Positions 1 to 9,739 of a stretch of 64,000 nt of DNA are shown here, in pieces. The notes under the pieces are model-generated. The model made no database searches, was not told the origin of the DNA, and saw nothing but the letters and a program-made list of their open reading frames with translations. The position numbers and the translations under genes are program-made. Every line of letters begins with the position of its first letter. Positions within the stretch are counted from its first letter, which is position 1. Source of the stretch: an uncultured Verrucomicrobiota bacterium (lineage in GTDB: Bacteria; Verrucomicrobiota; Kiritimatiellia; RFP12; UBA1067); NCBI GenBank assembly GCA_946533675.1, contig CAMNBZ010000012.1, forward strand, positions 4,323-68,322, read 5' to 3'.

Positions 1-765
1 AGCCGGTCCTCGACCTCGGTCATGAACTTCAGCACGCGCGGCCGGATCGCGCCGAAGTAGTGGTCGTCGAGCTGCTGGTGCTTCGCGGGCGCCGCGCCGA
101 AGACCGTCCGCCCCGTCTGCAGCAGGTCGGGCCGCTTCAGGTAGAACGCGCGGTCGATGAGGAAGTACTCCTGCTCCGCGCCGAGCGTGATCGACACGTG
201 CGCGCCCGGCTTGCCGAACTTCTTCATGAGCCGCTCGGTCGCGCGCGTCACCGCCTGGATCGAGCGCAGCAGCGGCGTCTTCATGTCGAGCGCCGCGCCC
301 GTGTAGGCGCAGAACGCCGTCGGGATGCAGAGCGTCGCGCCGTTCGCGTGGCGCTTGATGAACGCGGGGCTCGTCGGGTCCCACGCCGTGTAGCCGCGCG
401 CCTCGAAGGTCGACCGGAGGCCGCCCGAGGGGAACGAGCTCGCGTCCGTCTCGCCGCCGATCAGGTTCTTGCCGCTGAAGCGCTGCACCGCCGCGGCCGG
501 GCCCGTCGGCTCCAGGAACGCGTCGTGCTTCTCGGCCGTGCCGCCCGTCATCGGCTGGAACCAGTGCGTGAAGTGCGTCGCGCCGTTCTGCAGCGCCCAC
601 TCCTTCATCCCGTGCGCCACCTCGTCCGCGATCGACGGATCGAGCGGCTTCGAGTCCTTCATCGTCGCGATCAGCTTCGCCGCGACGGTCTTGGGCAGGA
701 AGGCGTGGATCGCCTTCTCCGAGAACACGTCCTCGCCGTACGACTTCAAGCTCGTGTCGGTCATG
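1..765 (-). CDS. glnN: Glutamine synthetase type III (GlnN), N-terminal part; gene continues beyond window start
   Basis: Reverse-complement translation of 1..765 gives [19 protein letters not shown]...[21 protein letters not shown]..., which matches the GSIII N-terminal domain. AAGGAGA RBS upstream of the ATG at ~763-765. No stop inside the window. Confidence 0.75.
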
Positions 766-774
766 CTCGTCTCC

Positions 775-1614
775 TTAAAACACCCGGTTGTCGATGAGCC
801 GCGTCTTTCCGTCGTACGCGGCGACGAGGACGCACGTCCCCTTTCCGATCGCCCTGCGCGGCGCGAGCGTCGTCGCGTCGACGCAGGCGACGTAATCGAC
901 CTTCAGCCCCGCCTTCTCCAGCTTCTTCGCGATCGCGCCCGTCGTGACGCGGCGGCCCTTCGCGTCGGTGAAGGTCTGCGCGTCGATCTCGCCCAGCGCG
1001 CGCGAAATCGCGAGCGCCCGCTCCTTCTCCTCGGCGCTCAGGTACGTGTTGCGCGACGAGCGCGCGAGGCCCGTCGGCTCGCGGACGATGGGCGCGACGA
1101 CGATCTCGAGGTCGAAGTTGAGGTCGCGCACCATCCGCTTGATGACCTGCGCCTGCTGGTAGTCCTTCTGTCCGAAGACCGCGAAGGTCGGATGCGCGAG
1201 GTTGAAGAGCTTGGCGACGACCGTGCAGACGCCGCGGAAGTGGCCCGGCCGCCGCGCGCCGCAGAGGCCCGCCGACAGCGTCTCCTCGTTGACGTAGACC
1301 GAGTGGCCGTCCAGGTACATGTTCGCCGGCGTCGGGAAGAAGACCGCCGTCGCGCCCGCCGCGCGGCACTTGGCGAGGTCGGCCTTCTCGTCGCGCGGAT
1401 AGGTGGCGTAATCCTCGTTCGGCCCGAACTGCACGGGATTGACGAAGACGCTCACGACGATCTCGTCCGCGCCCTTCTTCTTCGCCGCCGCGATGAGCGA
1501 CAGGTGCCCCTCGTGGAGGTAGCCCATCGTCGGCACGAGCGCGACCTTCTTGCCCGCGAGACGGCGCGCCGCCGCCCATTTCTGCAACTTCTTCGGTTCG
1601 CGAAAGATCTTCAT
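775..1614 (-). CDS. panC: Pantoate--beta-alanine ligase
   Basis: Internal Met of track ORF 775..1911. [13 protein letters not shown]...[18 protein letters not shown]...FGQKDYQQ... are canonical PanC motifs. The stop is followed immediately by the glnN RBS and start. Confidence 0.9.
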   Translation of the reverse strand: MKIFREPKKLQKWAAARRLAGKKVALVPTMGYLHEGHLSLIAAAKKKGADEIVVSVFVNPVQFGPNEDYATYPRDEKADLAKCRAAGATAVFFPTPANMYLDGHSVYVNEETLSAGLCGARRPGHFRGVCTVVAKLFNLAHPTFAVFGQKDYQQAQVIKRMVRDLNFDLEIVVAPIVREPTGLARSSRNTYLSAEEKERALAISRALGEIDAQTFTDAKGRRVTTGAIAKKLEKAGLKVDYVACVDATTLAPRRAIGKGTCVLVAAYDGKTRLIDNRVF

Positions 1615-2453
1615 TCCGCCAGTCCTTTCAGCAATGCGATTTCTTCCTTGTAGCCCTGCAGGTCGCAGGGCGTCTCCAGATAAAACGGCAGCGCGCGCAG
1701 CGCCGGATGGTTCACGATGCGACGGAACGCCGCGAGCCCGATCCTGCCCTTGCCGATCTTCTCGTGGCGGTCCTTGTGCGCCGCGCGCACGTTCATCGAA
1801 TCGTTGAGGTGGATCGCCTTGAGGCGCTTGAGGCCCACGACGCGGTCGAATTCGGCGAGCACGCCGTCCAAATCGCCGACGATGTCGTAGCCGCCGTCCC
1901 AGACGTGGCACGTGTCGAGACAGACGCCGAGCGGCGGCGCGCCCGCGCCCTCGACCCGGTCGATGATGGCGCGGATCTCCTCGAAGTTCCGGCCGATCTC
2001 GCTGCCCTTGCCCGACATCGTCTCGAGGAGCACCGTCGTCGACGGCGCGCCGCCGACGTTGGCGAAGACCTTCAGGAGCAGGTCGCAGATGTTCGCGATG
2101 CCCTGCTCCGCGCCGAGCCCGACGTGCGAGCCGGGATGGAAGTTGTAGAGCGCGCCGGGCGTGGCTTCAAGCCGCGTCAGGTCATCGGTGAAGACGGATT
2201 CGGCGAAGTCGCGGATGCGCGCGTCGCCCGAGGCCGCGTTGAGCGTGTAGGGCGCGTGCGCGAGGATGGGGCCGATGCCTTCCTTTGCGGCAAAGTCCCT
2301 GAACGCCGCCGCATCCGCCTTGTCGAGCGGCTTGGCGGCGCCGCCGCGCGGATTGCGGGTAAAGAACTGGAAGACGTTGGCGCCGATCGACAGGGCCGTC
2401 TGCGCCATCGCCACGTACCCGCCGCTGGACGACAAGTGACACCCGATTTTCAT
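1611..2453 (-). CDS. nfo: Endonuclease IV (apurinic/apyrimidinic endonuclease)
   Basis: 280 aa. MKIGCHLSSSGGY..., ETMSGKGSEIG and HLNDS are Nfo/xylose-isomerase-like TIM-barrel signatures. Its TGA overlaps the panC ATG (ATGA). Confidence 0.85.
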   Translation of the reverse strand: MKIGCHLSSSGGYVAMAQTALSIGANVFQFFTRNPRGGAAKPLDKADAAAFRDFAAKEGIGPILAHAPYTLNAASGDARIRDFAESVFTDDLTRLEATPGALYNFHPGSHVGLGAEQGIANICDLLLKVFANVGGAPSTTVLLETMSGKGSEIGRNFEEIRAIIDRVEGAGAPPLGVCLDTCHVWDGGYDIVGDLDGVLAEFDRVVGLKRLKAIHLNDSMNVRAAHKDRHEKIGKGRIGLAAFRRIVNHPALRALPFYLETPCDLQGYKEEIALLKGLAE

Positions 2454-2504
2454 AGGGGATATAGTATATCATTTTTTTGCGGCCGCGGGGAACCGCAGCT
2501 CTCG

Positions 2505-2565
2505 GCTTCTAGGATTCTAGACTTCTAGAACAGTGAGCGCAGCGAACGGTCTAGACTCCTAGCCC
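2505..2565. repeat. CTAG/TCTAGA-rich repeat cluster
   Basis: TTCTAGGATTCTAGACTTCTAGAAC...GGTCTAGACTCCTAG. The same words recur at 42656-42695. Confidence 0.65.
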
Positions 2566-2569
2566 CCCC

Positions 2570-3814
2570 TTACCGGATCACGGAGCGGCGGAGCGACGCG
2601 GCGTTGACGAGGTTGAGGAGATACGCGGCGACGAGCATCGCCACCACCGCCGTGTAGCCGCCGAAATGCCGCGACACGAACAGCGACGCCTGGTTGCCGG
2701 CGAGTCCCGCGAAGCCCCAGGCGGAGAGAACCGCGCCGTGGATCTTCGAAATGTTCGTCATGCCGTAGTGGTCCGCGAGGATCGCGGGAATGACCGAAAA
2801 GCCCGCGCCGTAGCAGGCGTTGATGACGAGGAGCGCGAGGCCGATCACCGGCGGCCAGAAGCTGAGCGTCATGATGCCCGCCGAGATCGCCAGGATGACG
2901 AGCAGGATGTTGATGCGGCGCGCGAGGCGGTCCGACCACCACGCGAAGAGGAAGCGGCCGCCGCCGTTCATGAGGCCGCACGCGGCGATGATGGCCGTCA
3001 CGAGCCCGTCCGAATAGCCGACCGCCGGCTCGACCATCATCTGCTTGGCGAGCGGAATGAGGCAGAGGCCCGCCGAGATGTTGAGGAACATGAAGAGCCA
3101 CGCGCGCAGGAAGAACGTGTCCTTGACGAGCTGCACGTACTTGAACTCGAGGCTCGCGATGCCGTGGCCGAAGCTCTGCACCTGGATCTTCGGCTTCTTC
3201 AGCAGGAACGCCGCGACCGCCATCGGCACGGCGTAGTAGGCCGCGAACGCATAGAAGACGTGCGCGATCGCGAGCCCGCCCTCCCCGACCTTGAAGTAGT
3301 CGTAGAAGCCGAGGAAGCGCAGCGAGAAGAGCGACGCGGGGCCGCCGAAGCCGAAGCCCTTGTAGACGATCGTCGAGAGCGTCGAGCCGAGGCCGAACGA
3401 GATGATCGGCAGCGCCGCCGCGATCGCCTTGTGCTCGGGGAACCACAGCATCATCGTCTTGACGGGCGAGATGTAGATGATGCCCGTGCCCGTGCCGACG
3501 AGAAAGCCGTAGCCGAGATAGATGAGCGCGAGCGACTTGACCGTCACGCCCAGCGCCGTCACGCACAGGCCCGACAGGAAGAGCGACGTGCCGACGATGG
3601 TGGAGACGCGGATGTTGCGCTCGACGATCTTGCCGAAGAACGCCGCGCCCATGCCGAGGAAGAAGATGCCGAGCGAGAACGCGAACTGCACCTCCTTCTG
3701 CGTCGAGCCGATGGCGTTCGCGATCTCCGTGGAGAAGTTCGTGAACGCATAGATCTGACCCACGGAAACCGCGAGCATAAACGCCGGGAGAACCGCCCGA
3801 ATGAACCTTTTCAT
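2570..3814 (-). CDS. MFS transporter (oxalate/formate antiporter-like family)
   Basis: 414 aa, 12 predicted TM helices, hydrophobic MFS-like sequence (…GAGFSVIPAILADHYG…). Alternate-frame R-rich ORFs were rejected. Confidence 0.75.
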   Translation of the reverse strand: MKRFIRAVLPAFMLAVSVGQIYAFTNFSTEIANAIGSTQKEVQFAFSLGIFFLGMGAAFFGKIVERNIRVSTIVGTSLFLSGLCVTALGVTVKSLALIYLGYGFLVGTGTGIIYISPVKTMMLWFPEHKAIAAALPIISFGLGSTLSTIVYKGFGFGGPASLFSLRFLGFYDYFKVGEGGLAIAHVFYAFAAYYAVPMAVAAFLLKKPKIQVQSFGHGIASLEFKYVQLVKDTFFLRAWLFMFLNISAGLCLIPLAKQMMVEPAVGYSDGLVTAIIAACGLMNGGGRFLFAWWSDRLARRINILLVILAISAGIMTLSFWPPVIGLALLVINACYGAGFSVIPAILADHYGMTNISKIHGAVLSAWGFAGLAGNQASLFVSRHFGGYTAVVAMLVAAYLLNLVNAASLRRSVIR

Positions 3815-3994
3815 GTTTGCACCATCCTTTTTCGGAAAATGATGCCCAGACGAGCGGCAACGAACGTCCGCAGTTCATGTGGTTGACTCCACTCAGGACA
3901 CGCGCCCCTTCTCGTCAGTCCTGCGAACGGTGGAAAGTATACCAAATCTTGTGCGGCAATGCAACAGGGGACACAAGAAATTGTGGGTGGGATC

Positions 3995-4885
3995 TTATTT
4001 CCGGAAGCGGTGCGTGGCGACGCCCTTCATCTGGAGCGCCTCGGCCTCGCCCAGGATGCCGATCTCGCGGATGCCGGGCGTGTCGATCACCATCGCGCCC
4101 GACGGCAGCAGCGCGAGCTCGCGCGATGTCGTCGTGTGCCGCCCCTTGCCGCTCCACTCCTGGATTTCCTGCGTCGCGGCCCACTCCTCGCCCGCGAGCG
4201 TGTTGAGCAGCGTCGACTTGCCGACGCCCGACGAGCCGATGAAGGCGAGCGTGCGCCCCGGCCGCGCGTAGGCGCGCACCGCGTCGAGCCCCTCGCCCGT
4301 GTGGCAGGAGATTTCGAGGATCGGCGCGCGGCCCGCGACCGTCGCGCGGAGGTCGTCCAGAAACACGTCGTCCCCGTCCTCGCGCAGATCGACCTTCGTG
4401 ACGACGACGACCGCCTCCGCCTCGCCCATGTCCGCGGCGAGCGTCAGGTAGCGGTCGATGCGCGCGGTGGAGAAGTCCTCGTTCAGCGACATCATGATGA
4501 AGAGCGTGTCGAAGTTGACGGCCAGCGTCTGCGACTTGCGCCGCGCGGTCGGGTCCTTGCGCGCGAAGTGCGAGAAGCGCGGCAGCAGCTCCGTGATCAT
4601 CGACTCGCCCTGCGCGTTGTAGCGGAAGCGCACGAAGTCGCCCGTGATCGGCCGCGGCGACTCGTCCGCGCCGCGCGCGCGCGTCTCGATGTTCGCCGCC
4701 CGGCCCGCGACGAGCCGCGCTTTCGTCGCCTTGCCCGCGAACGCCGACTTCTTGCGGCGCGCGAGGATCTCGCCGGGCGCCTCGTTGCAGACGAGATGGT
4801 AGTAGTCGCCGTGCGCGCTGACGACGCGCGCGACGCCGGCCGCGGCACTTTCGCCGCGCCAGCCGAACTGCTCCAGGCGCGTCAC
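3995..4885 (-). CDS. rsgA: Ribosome small subunit-dependent GTPase A
   Basis: FIGSSGVGKSTLLN...SGKGRHTTT...DTPG motifs, an OB-fold N-terminus (VVSAHGDYYHLV), and C-terminal Zn-binding cysteines. Start assigned to the GTG at 4883-4885, which overlaps the upstream TGA (GTGA). Confidence 0.8.
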   Translation of the reverse strand: MTRLEQFGWRGESAAAGVARVVSAHGDYYHLVCNEAPGEILARRKKSAFAGKATKARLVAGRAANIETRARGADESPRPITGDFVRFRYNAQGESMITELLPRFSHFARKDPTARRKSQTLAVNFDTLFIMMSLNEDFSTARIDRYLTLAADMGEAEAVVVVTKVDLREDGDDVFLDDLRATVAGRAPILEISCHTGEGLDAVRAYARPGRTLAFIGSSGVGKSTLLNTLAGEEWAATQEIQEWSGKGRHTTTSRELALLPSGAMVIDTPGIREIGILGEAEALQMKGVATHRFRK

Positions 4886-5871
4886 GGCCGGCGGCCCTCG
4901 ACGGCCGTGAGGTGGAACGCGCGCACCATGCATTCGCCGAGAAGCACGATCTGCCAGCTCATGTACAGCCACGCGAGCACGATCGGCAGGAACGCGAACG
5001 AGCCGTAGAGCGCGGACGAGCGGGCGACGCCCACCTGCGCGACGGCGCAGATCTTCATCCACGCGCCGAACAGGACGGCCGTGATCATGCCGCCCTTCGC
5101 CGCGTCCTTGAAGTCCACGCGGCAGTTGGGCAGCGTCGAGAAGAGGAAGGCGAAGTCGAGCGTCGCGAACGTCAGCGCGATGACGACGCGGAAGAGCGTG
5201 GAGTCGAGGAACCAGATGAGGCCGGCCGAAACCCACTCAGTCAGCCACGTCGCGCCGAGCGTGGCGAGGATGACGTTCTTGACGATGTTGAGGATCGGCA
5301 GCGACATGGCCAGCGCGCCGATCACGGGCAGGATGATGACGACGGAGAGGTAGATGAGCGCGCGTTTCCAGATCGCGCGCGGCTTGGGCACCTCCCAGAT
5401 CTCGTTGAAGCTCACCTCCACCATGCCGATCGAGCTGATGACCGTCCACAGGAGGAAGACGAAGCCGATCCAGCCGAGCGTGCCCACGTCGAAGCGGTCG
5501 ATGCGCGCGAAGAGCGCGTCGGAGAGCTGCCGCGCCTGGCGGCCGAGGTCCTGCGCCACCTCGCGGCGGGCGCAGCGCGTCTCCTCGTCCGTCGCGGCGA
5601 CCTGCGCAAGCTCGTCGTCCTGGCTCTGTTCGATGTTGACGATCATCGCGTCGATCCGCTCGTTGATGTGGCGGCGCACGAGGTCGTCGACGTTGCACGC
5701 CTTCGCCGCGAGAAGCAGGATGCAGAGGATCGGCACCATCGCCAGCATCGAGAAGTAGGTCAGCCCCGCCGCGTGCATCGAGCAGTGGTTGTCGAGGAAG
5801 CTGGCGATCACCAGCTTGCCCCAGTGGACCGGACGGACGCGGTCGAGCCGCGCGTTGAGTTTCTTCAGCAT
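4882..5871 (-). CDS. YihY/BrkB family inner-membrane protein
   Basis: 329 aa. The LTYFSMLAMVPILCILL motif and multi-TM architecture are typical of the YihY/virulence factor BrkB family. Confidence 0.7.
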   Translation of the reverse strand: MLKKLNARLDRVRPVHWGKLVIASFLDNHCSMHAAGLTYFSMLAMVPILCILLLAAKACNVDDLVRRHINERIDAMIVNIEQSQDDELAQVAATDEETRCARREVAQDLGRQARQLSDALFARIDRFDVGTLGWIGFVFLLWTVISSIGMVEVSFNEIWEVPKPRAIWKRALIYLSVVIILPVIGALAMSLPILNIVKNVILATLGATWLTEWVSAGLIWFLDSTLFRVVIALTFATLDFAFLFSTLPNCRVDFKDAAKGGMITAVLFGAWMKICAVAQVGVARSSALYGSFAFLPIVLAWLYMSWQIVLLGECMVRAFHLTAVEGRRP

Positions 5872-5878
5872 GGCGGTA

Positions 5879-6715
5879 TTAGAGCAGATTTCCCGTCAGG
5901 AGCCCGAGCGAAACGCCGGCGACGTACAGCGTCGCGAGGATCGCGAGGTTCTCCTTCAGGTTGCGGTTGGTGCGGAAAAGGACGATGAGCCCGAGCCCCG
6001 AGCCCGTGAACGAGCTCGCCATCAGCGCGCCCGCGCTCATCGCGCCCTGGCAGTAGAGCTCCGCGCCCGCGACCGACACGGCGCAGTTGGGGATGAGCCC
6101 GAGCGCGCCCGCGAGCAGTTCGCCCGTCACCGGCGCGTTCAGCCGGAGCGCCTGGAGCGACTCCTCGCCGAAAAAGTGCAGGCACAGCTCGATCGCGCCC
6201 GAGACGAGGACGATGAAGCCGAAGATCTCCGCCGTGTGGATGAGCGCCGGCACGACGATGCCCTTGTGCGCGCGGCAGCTGCAGTGGCTGTGCGCGCACA
6301 GCTCCTCCACCGACACCGCGCGGCGGAAGTGCCGCGCAAACGTCAGCACCGCGTTCACCGAGAAGCCGACGAGCACGCCCGCCGCGACCTTCAGCAGGAC
6401 GATCTTCACCATCAGCGCCGCCGGCACCTGCTTCGAGATGAGGACGGGAATCAGCTCGTCGGACGTCGCGAGAAACACCGCGAGGAGCGTCCCCACGGTC
6501 ACGACGCCGCCCGCGTAGAACGAGGCGGCCGCCGCCGACACGCCGCACTGCGGGATCGCCCCCGCAAGGCCGCCCGCGAGGGGCCCCACCGACCGCGCGC
6601 GCTCCAGGAAGCGCTCCAGCGCGCCGCCCGCCCGCGCCTCCACCGCCTCCAGCACCAGATAGGTGCCGAAGAGGAACGGCAGCAGCATCAACGTTTCTTC
6701 AATGAATTCCCACAT
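5879..6715 (-). CDS. Polytopic membrane permease with Cys-rich loop (possible ArsP/DUF2899-like metal(loid) exporter)
   Basis: Start placed at M14 (MWEFIEETL...) because the extended -10 box TGCTATAAT (6724-6732) lies 8 nt upstream and falls inside the longer ORF. About 8 TM segments and a HSHCSCRAH motif. Confidence 0.5.
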   Translation of the reverse strand: MWEFIEETLMLLPFLFGTYLVLEAVEARAGGALERFLERARSVGPLAGGLAGAIPQCGVSAAAASFYAGGVVTVGTLLAVFLATSDELIPVLISKQVPAALMVKIVLLKVAAGVLVGFSVNAVLTFARHFRRAVSVEELCAHSHCSCRAHKGIVVPALIHTAEIFGFIVLVSGAIELCLHFFGEESLQALRLNAPVTGELLAGALGLIPNCAVSVAGAELYCQGAMSAGALMASSFTGSGLGLIVLFRTNRNLKENLAILATLYVAGVSLGLLTGNLL

Positions 6716-6723
6716 GGTGCGTA

Positions 6724-6732
6724 TTATAGCAC
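6724..6732 (-). promoter_or_regulatory. Extended -10 promoter TGCTATAAT, 8 nt upstream of the ATG (leaderless)
   Basis: One member of a recurrent TGnTATA(A/C)T family. Others sit at about 2465, 7014, 9696, 10901, 11045, 14358, 19915, 22589, 28448, 35724, 39512, 42025, 45090, 49845, 51580, 58483 and 61402. Confidence 0.5.
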
Positions 6733-6808
6733 ATCGCGCGTGCGCGCGGGGCACAAAAAAAGACGCGGCAGAAACGCCGCGCCTTGACTGTGCGCCGTGA
6801 CACGCGGC

Positions 6809-6979
6809 TTACGCCGCCGCAATCGCCTCGCAGGGGCACTGCGCCGCGCACGCGCCGCAATCGACGCACTTCTCGGCGTCGACCGTGTAAGGCGTGCCCT
6901 CCGCAATCGCACCGACCGGGCAGGCCGACGCGCAGCCGCCGCACGCAACACACTTCTCGCCGTCAATCTTCATCGCCAT
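6809..6979 (-). CDS. 2x[4Fe-4S] ferredoxin (56 aa)
   Basis: MAMKIDGEKCVACGGCASACP...EKCVDCGACAAQCPCEAI carries two CxxCxxCxxxCP motifs. AGGAGAA RBS. TGCTATACT promoter at ~7014-7022. Confidence 0.7.
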   Translation of the reverse strand: MAMKIDGEKCVACGGCASACPVGAIAEGTPYTVDAEKCVDCGACAAQCPCEAIAAA

Positions 6980-7053
6980 GGTTTTTCTCCTGTTGGGTTT
7001 TGTTGATGGGTGAAAGTATAGCACACCGCACGCCAGATAGTCCAGTCTAAGAT

Positions 7054-8436
7054 TCACCCGCGCGGCGCAGCGGCCGAACGGCGGCCGAGCGGCGACGCGG
7101 TCCGGCCCGCCGCCGGTTCGCGCGCGAGCGCCGCGGCGACCTCCGCCGCGCGCATCGGCTCGACGACGCGCGGGCGGTCGAAACCCGTGACGTGGATGGC
7201 CGGCAGCGGCCGCGCCGGGCAGACATGCTCGCACGCGCCGCAGCCGGTGCACCTGTCGCGGTCGACGACCGGGAAGCCCTCGACGAGGTGGATCGCGCCG
7301 TAGGGGCACTTGCGCGAACACGCCGTGCACGGCACGCCCTCCGTCTCGCGCAGGCACCGTTCGCGCGTCCAGACCGCGTAGCCCACGTGGACGTCGCGCT
7401 TGGGCAGCGATCCCAGGTCGCGGAGCGCCCCCGCCGGGCACGCCTTGGCGCACGCGTACGCGCAGCCGGGGCGGCAGGAACCGTAGCGGAAATCCATCTC
7501 GGGCTGGCCGAACGTCTTGAGCGCCGTCGAGGGCTTGAGGCAGTCGCCGGGGCAGCGCGCGATGCAGAGCCCGCACCCGACGCACAGCTTCCCGAAGGTC
7601 GCGCGCGGCGCCGCGCCCGGCGGCAGCACGGACGCTTCGCGCGCCGGAATGCCGGGGAGCGACACCTCCGCGAGACCGCCATCCGTCGTCTTCTCCACGG
7701 CTTCCGCCGCCGCCAGCAGCGCGACGCCCTTCAGCACCTCGCGCCGCGTCACGCCGTCCGCCGCCGCATCCTGCGGCGCGTCTTTCGCCGCGTCCTTCGG
7801 CGGCGGCTTCGGGAAGCACGCGCGGCAGTTCGCGCAGCCCGGCCCGACCTTGTGGCAGAGGAGCGACCTGCGGGACAGGAGGTTGAAGAGCGTCCCCATC
7901 GGGCAGATGAAGTTGCACCAGATCCGCCCCTTGCCGATGAGCGCCAGCGCCATCACCACCGCAAACGGCCCGACCGCAAGCAAAGTGGCGAGGTTCTTCG
8001 TGGAGATGGCCGGGCTGTGCCCGGCCACACCCGCCACCGCCTTCCCGAAGATCGAATACGGCGTCAGCGCCCACGCAAGGCCGCCGAACCCGGCGACGCC
8101 CAGCACCACGTAGAGCGCGAGCACCGTCCAACGCACCTTCTGCTGCACCGGCGTTTCGGGCAGCCGCGTGCAGACGCGCCGCACGTGCTTCTTCGGCTCC
8201 TTCAGCCAGTTGACGAACGACTGGAGAATCCCGAGCGGGCAGAGGAAACCGCAGAAGAACCGCCCGACGAGCGGCGTCAGCAGCAGGACAACGAGAAACG
8301 CATACGTCGGCGCGGGCTGGATCTTGCAGAGCCACGGCAGCGCCGCGTCCACCGCCTTGACGCCCGTGCCGACGAACGCGAGCGTCACGCCCGCGACCAT
8401 CGCCGCCGCCAGCAGGATTTTCAGCGTCTTCTTCAT
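7054..8436 (-). CDS. Membrane-bound polyferredoxin (NapH/MauN-like 4Fe-4S binding protein with extra ferredoxin domains)
   Basis: Real start is MKKTLKILL... inside the 844-aa track ORF; the upstream portion is an alternate-frame artefact. FFCGFLCPLG and CNFICPMG motifs, TM helices, and C-terminal CxxCxxCxxxCP clusters. Its ATG overlaps the upstream TGA. Confidence 0.7.
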   Translation of the reverse strand: MKKTLKILLAAAMVAGVTLAFVGTGVKAVDAALPWLCKIQPAPTYAFLVVLLLTPLVGRFFCGFLCPLGILQSFVNWLKEPKKHVRRVCTRLPETPVQQKVRWTVLALYVVLGVAGFGGLAWALTPYSIFGKAVAGVAGHSPAISTKNLATLLAVGPFAVVMALALIGKGRIWCNFICPMGTLFNLLSRRSLLCHKVGPGCANCRACFPKPPPKDAAKDAPQDAAADGVTRREVLKGVALLAAAEAVEKTTDGGLAEVSLPGIPAREASVLPPGAAPRATFGKLCVGCGLCIARCPGDCLKPSTALKTFGQPEMDFRYGSCRPGCAYACAKACPAGALRDLGSLPKRDVHVGYAVWTRERCLRETEGVPCTACSRKCPYGAIHLVEGFPVVDRDRCTGCGACEHVCPARPLPAIHVTGFDRPRVVEPMRAAEVAAALAREPAAGRTASPLGRRSAAAPRG

Positions 8437-9689
8437 TTCAGCACCTCGTCTTTCAGTTCGTCGATCCACTTGTCGATGGCCGCGAGCTCCGCGGGGATGT
8501 CGATCATCTGCGGACAGTGCGGCTTGCAGCGGTTGCAGCCGATGCAGTGGTCCGCGCGCCGCAGCTCCTCCGGCACCGCGCGGGCGTAGTCGCGCAGCGC
8601 CTCCTTCGCGGTCGGCGGCTTCTCGGCCGTCAGGATCTTGTTGCGGAACGTGAGGATGGACGGGATGTCGAGCCCGTACGGGCACGGCATGCAGTAGTCG
8701 CACTGGTTGCACGGGATCGTCTTCTGCCCGAGGTAGGCGACCGCCGCGCGCTCGAGCGCCGCGAGCTCCTCCGCGCTGCACGGCTTCAGCGGCGAGAACG
8801 TCGCGATGTTCTCGCGGATGTGCTCCGTGCGCGTCATGCCCGAGAGGACGCACATCACGTTCGGGTACGTGCCGCAGAAGCGCATCGCCCACTTCGCGAG
8901 CGACGCCTCGGGATCGAGCGGCGCGAGCTCCTTCGCGAGCGCGTAGTTGTAGCGCGCGAGCCGGCCGCCGAGGAGCGGCTCCATGATGACGACGGGGATC
9001 TTCAGCTCCGTCAGCGCGTTGTAGAGGTATTCCGCGTCGAGGTTGCGGGCGTTGACCGCCTTCGCGTGCTTCCAGTCGACGTAGTTCATCTGGATCTGGC
9101 AGAAGTCCCACCTGTACTGATCGTGGTGCGCGAGGCACCAGTCGAACGCCTTGGGGTCGCCGTGGTAGGAGAAGCCCAGGTTGCGGATGCGCCCCGCCGC
9201 GCGCAGCTCCGCACACCAGTCGAGCGCGCCGTTGTCGAGGTAGCGCGGCTTGAACGCGCCCTCGAAGCCGCCGTTGCCGATGGCGTGCAGAAGGTAGTTG
9301 TCGATGTAGTCCGTGCGCAGGAAGCGCAGCGAATCCTCGAACATCTTCTGCGACGCGGCGAGCGGATACTGCTGCGGCGCGAAGTTCGACAGCTTCGTCG
9401 CGAGGATGTAGTCGCCGCGGTCGTAGCCCGAGGCGGCCAGCGCCTCGCCGAGCCGCGCCTCCGACTGGCCCCGGCAGTAGGCGGGCGACGTGTCGAAGTA
9501 GTTGACGCCCGCGTCCAGCATCATCCTGACCTGGCGGTTCAGCTCGTCCTGGTCGATCGCGGAGCTGTCGTAGCCGGCCTGCACCCACGTGTTGGCGTGG
9601 CCGCCGGCGACGGTCGGCATCCGCATCGCGCCATAGCCCAGAAGCGACACCTTCCGGCCGTCGGCGGCAAATCGGTAAGTCATGCTCAT
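8433..9689 (-). CDS. Aldo/keto reductase-family oxidoreductase with C-terminal 4Fe-4S domain (COG1453-like)
   Basis: An AKR barrel (GYGAMR...YFDTSPAY...) followed by CNQCDYCMPCPYG...CIGCNRCKPHCP. Start at MSMTYRF (M13) because TGCTATAAT at 9696-9704 lies 6-7 nt upstream, implying a leaderless transcript. Confidence 0.75.
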   Translation of the reverse strand: MSMTYRFAADGRKVSLLGYGAMRMPTVAGGHANTWVQAGYDSSAIDQDELNRQVRMMLDAGVNYFDTSPAYCRGQSEARLGEALAASGYDRGDYILATKLSNFAPQQYPLAASQKMFEDSLRFLRTDYIDNYLLHAIGNGGFEGAFKPRYLDNGALDWCAELRAAGRIRNLGFSYHGDPKAFDWCLAHHDQYRWDFCQIQMNYVDWKHAKAVNARNLDAEYLYNALTELKIPVVIMEPLLGGRLARYNYALAKELAPLDPEASLAKWAMRFCGTYPNVMCVLSGMTRTEHIRENIATFSPLKPCSAEELAALERAAVAYLGQKTIPCNQCDYCMPCPYGLDIPSILTFRNKILTAEKPPTAKEALRDYARAVPEELRRADHCIGCNRCKPHCPQMIDIPAELAAIDKWIDELKDEVLK

Positions 9690-9739
9690 GACGGAATTAT
9701 AGCAAGATTCCGCCGCCGCGTCCACAACTTAGCCAAAGT

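Noticed and set aside
60-797. 245-aa arginine-rich + strand ORF (also 469..1653 +, 761..1579 -)
   Set aside because: Alternate-frame artefact across the true minus-strand glnN and panC genes. It has an R/A/G-rich composition and no motifs. The track labels GTG starts as 'M'.
2559-3886. 439-aa minus-strand and 406-aa plus-strand ORFs overlapping the MFS transporter
   Set aside because: Off-frame. Only the 414-aa frame is hydrophobic and transporter-like.
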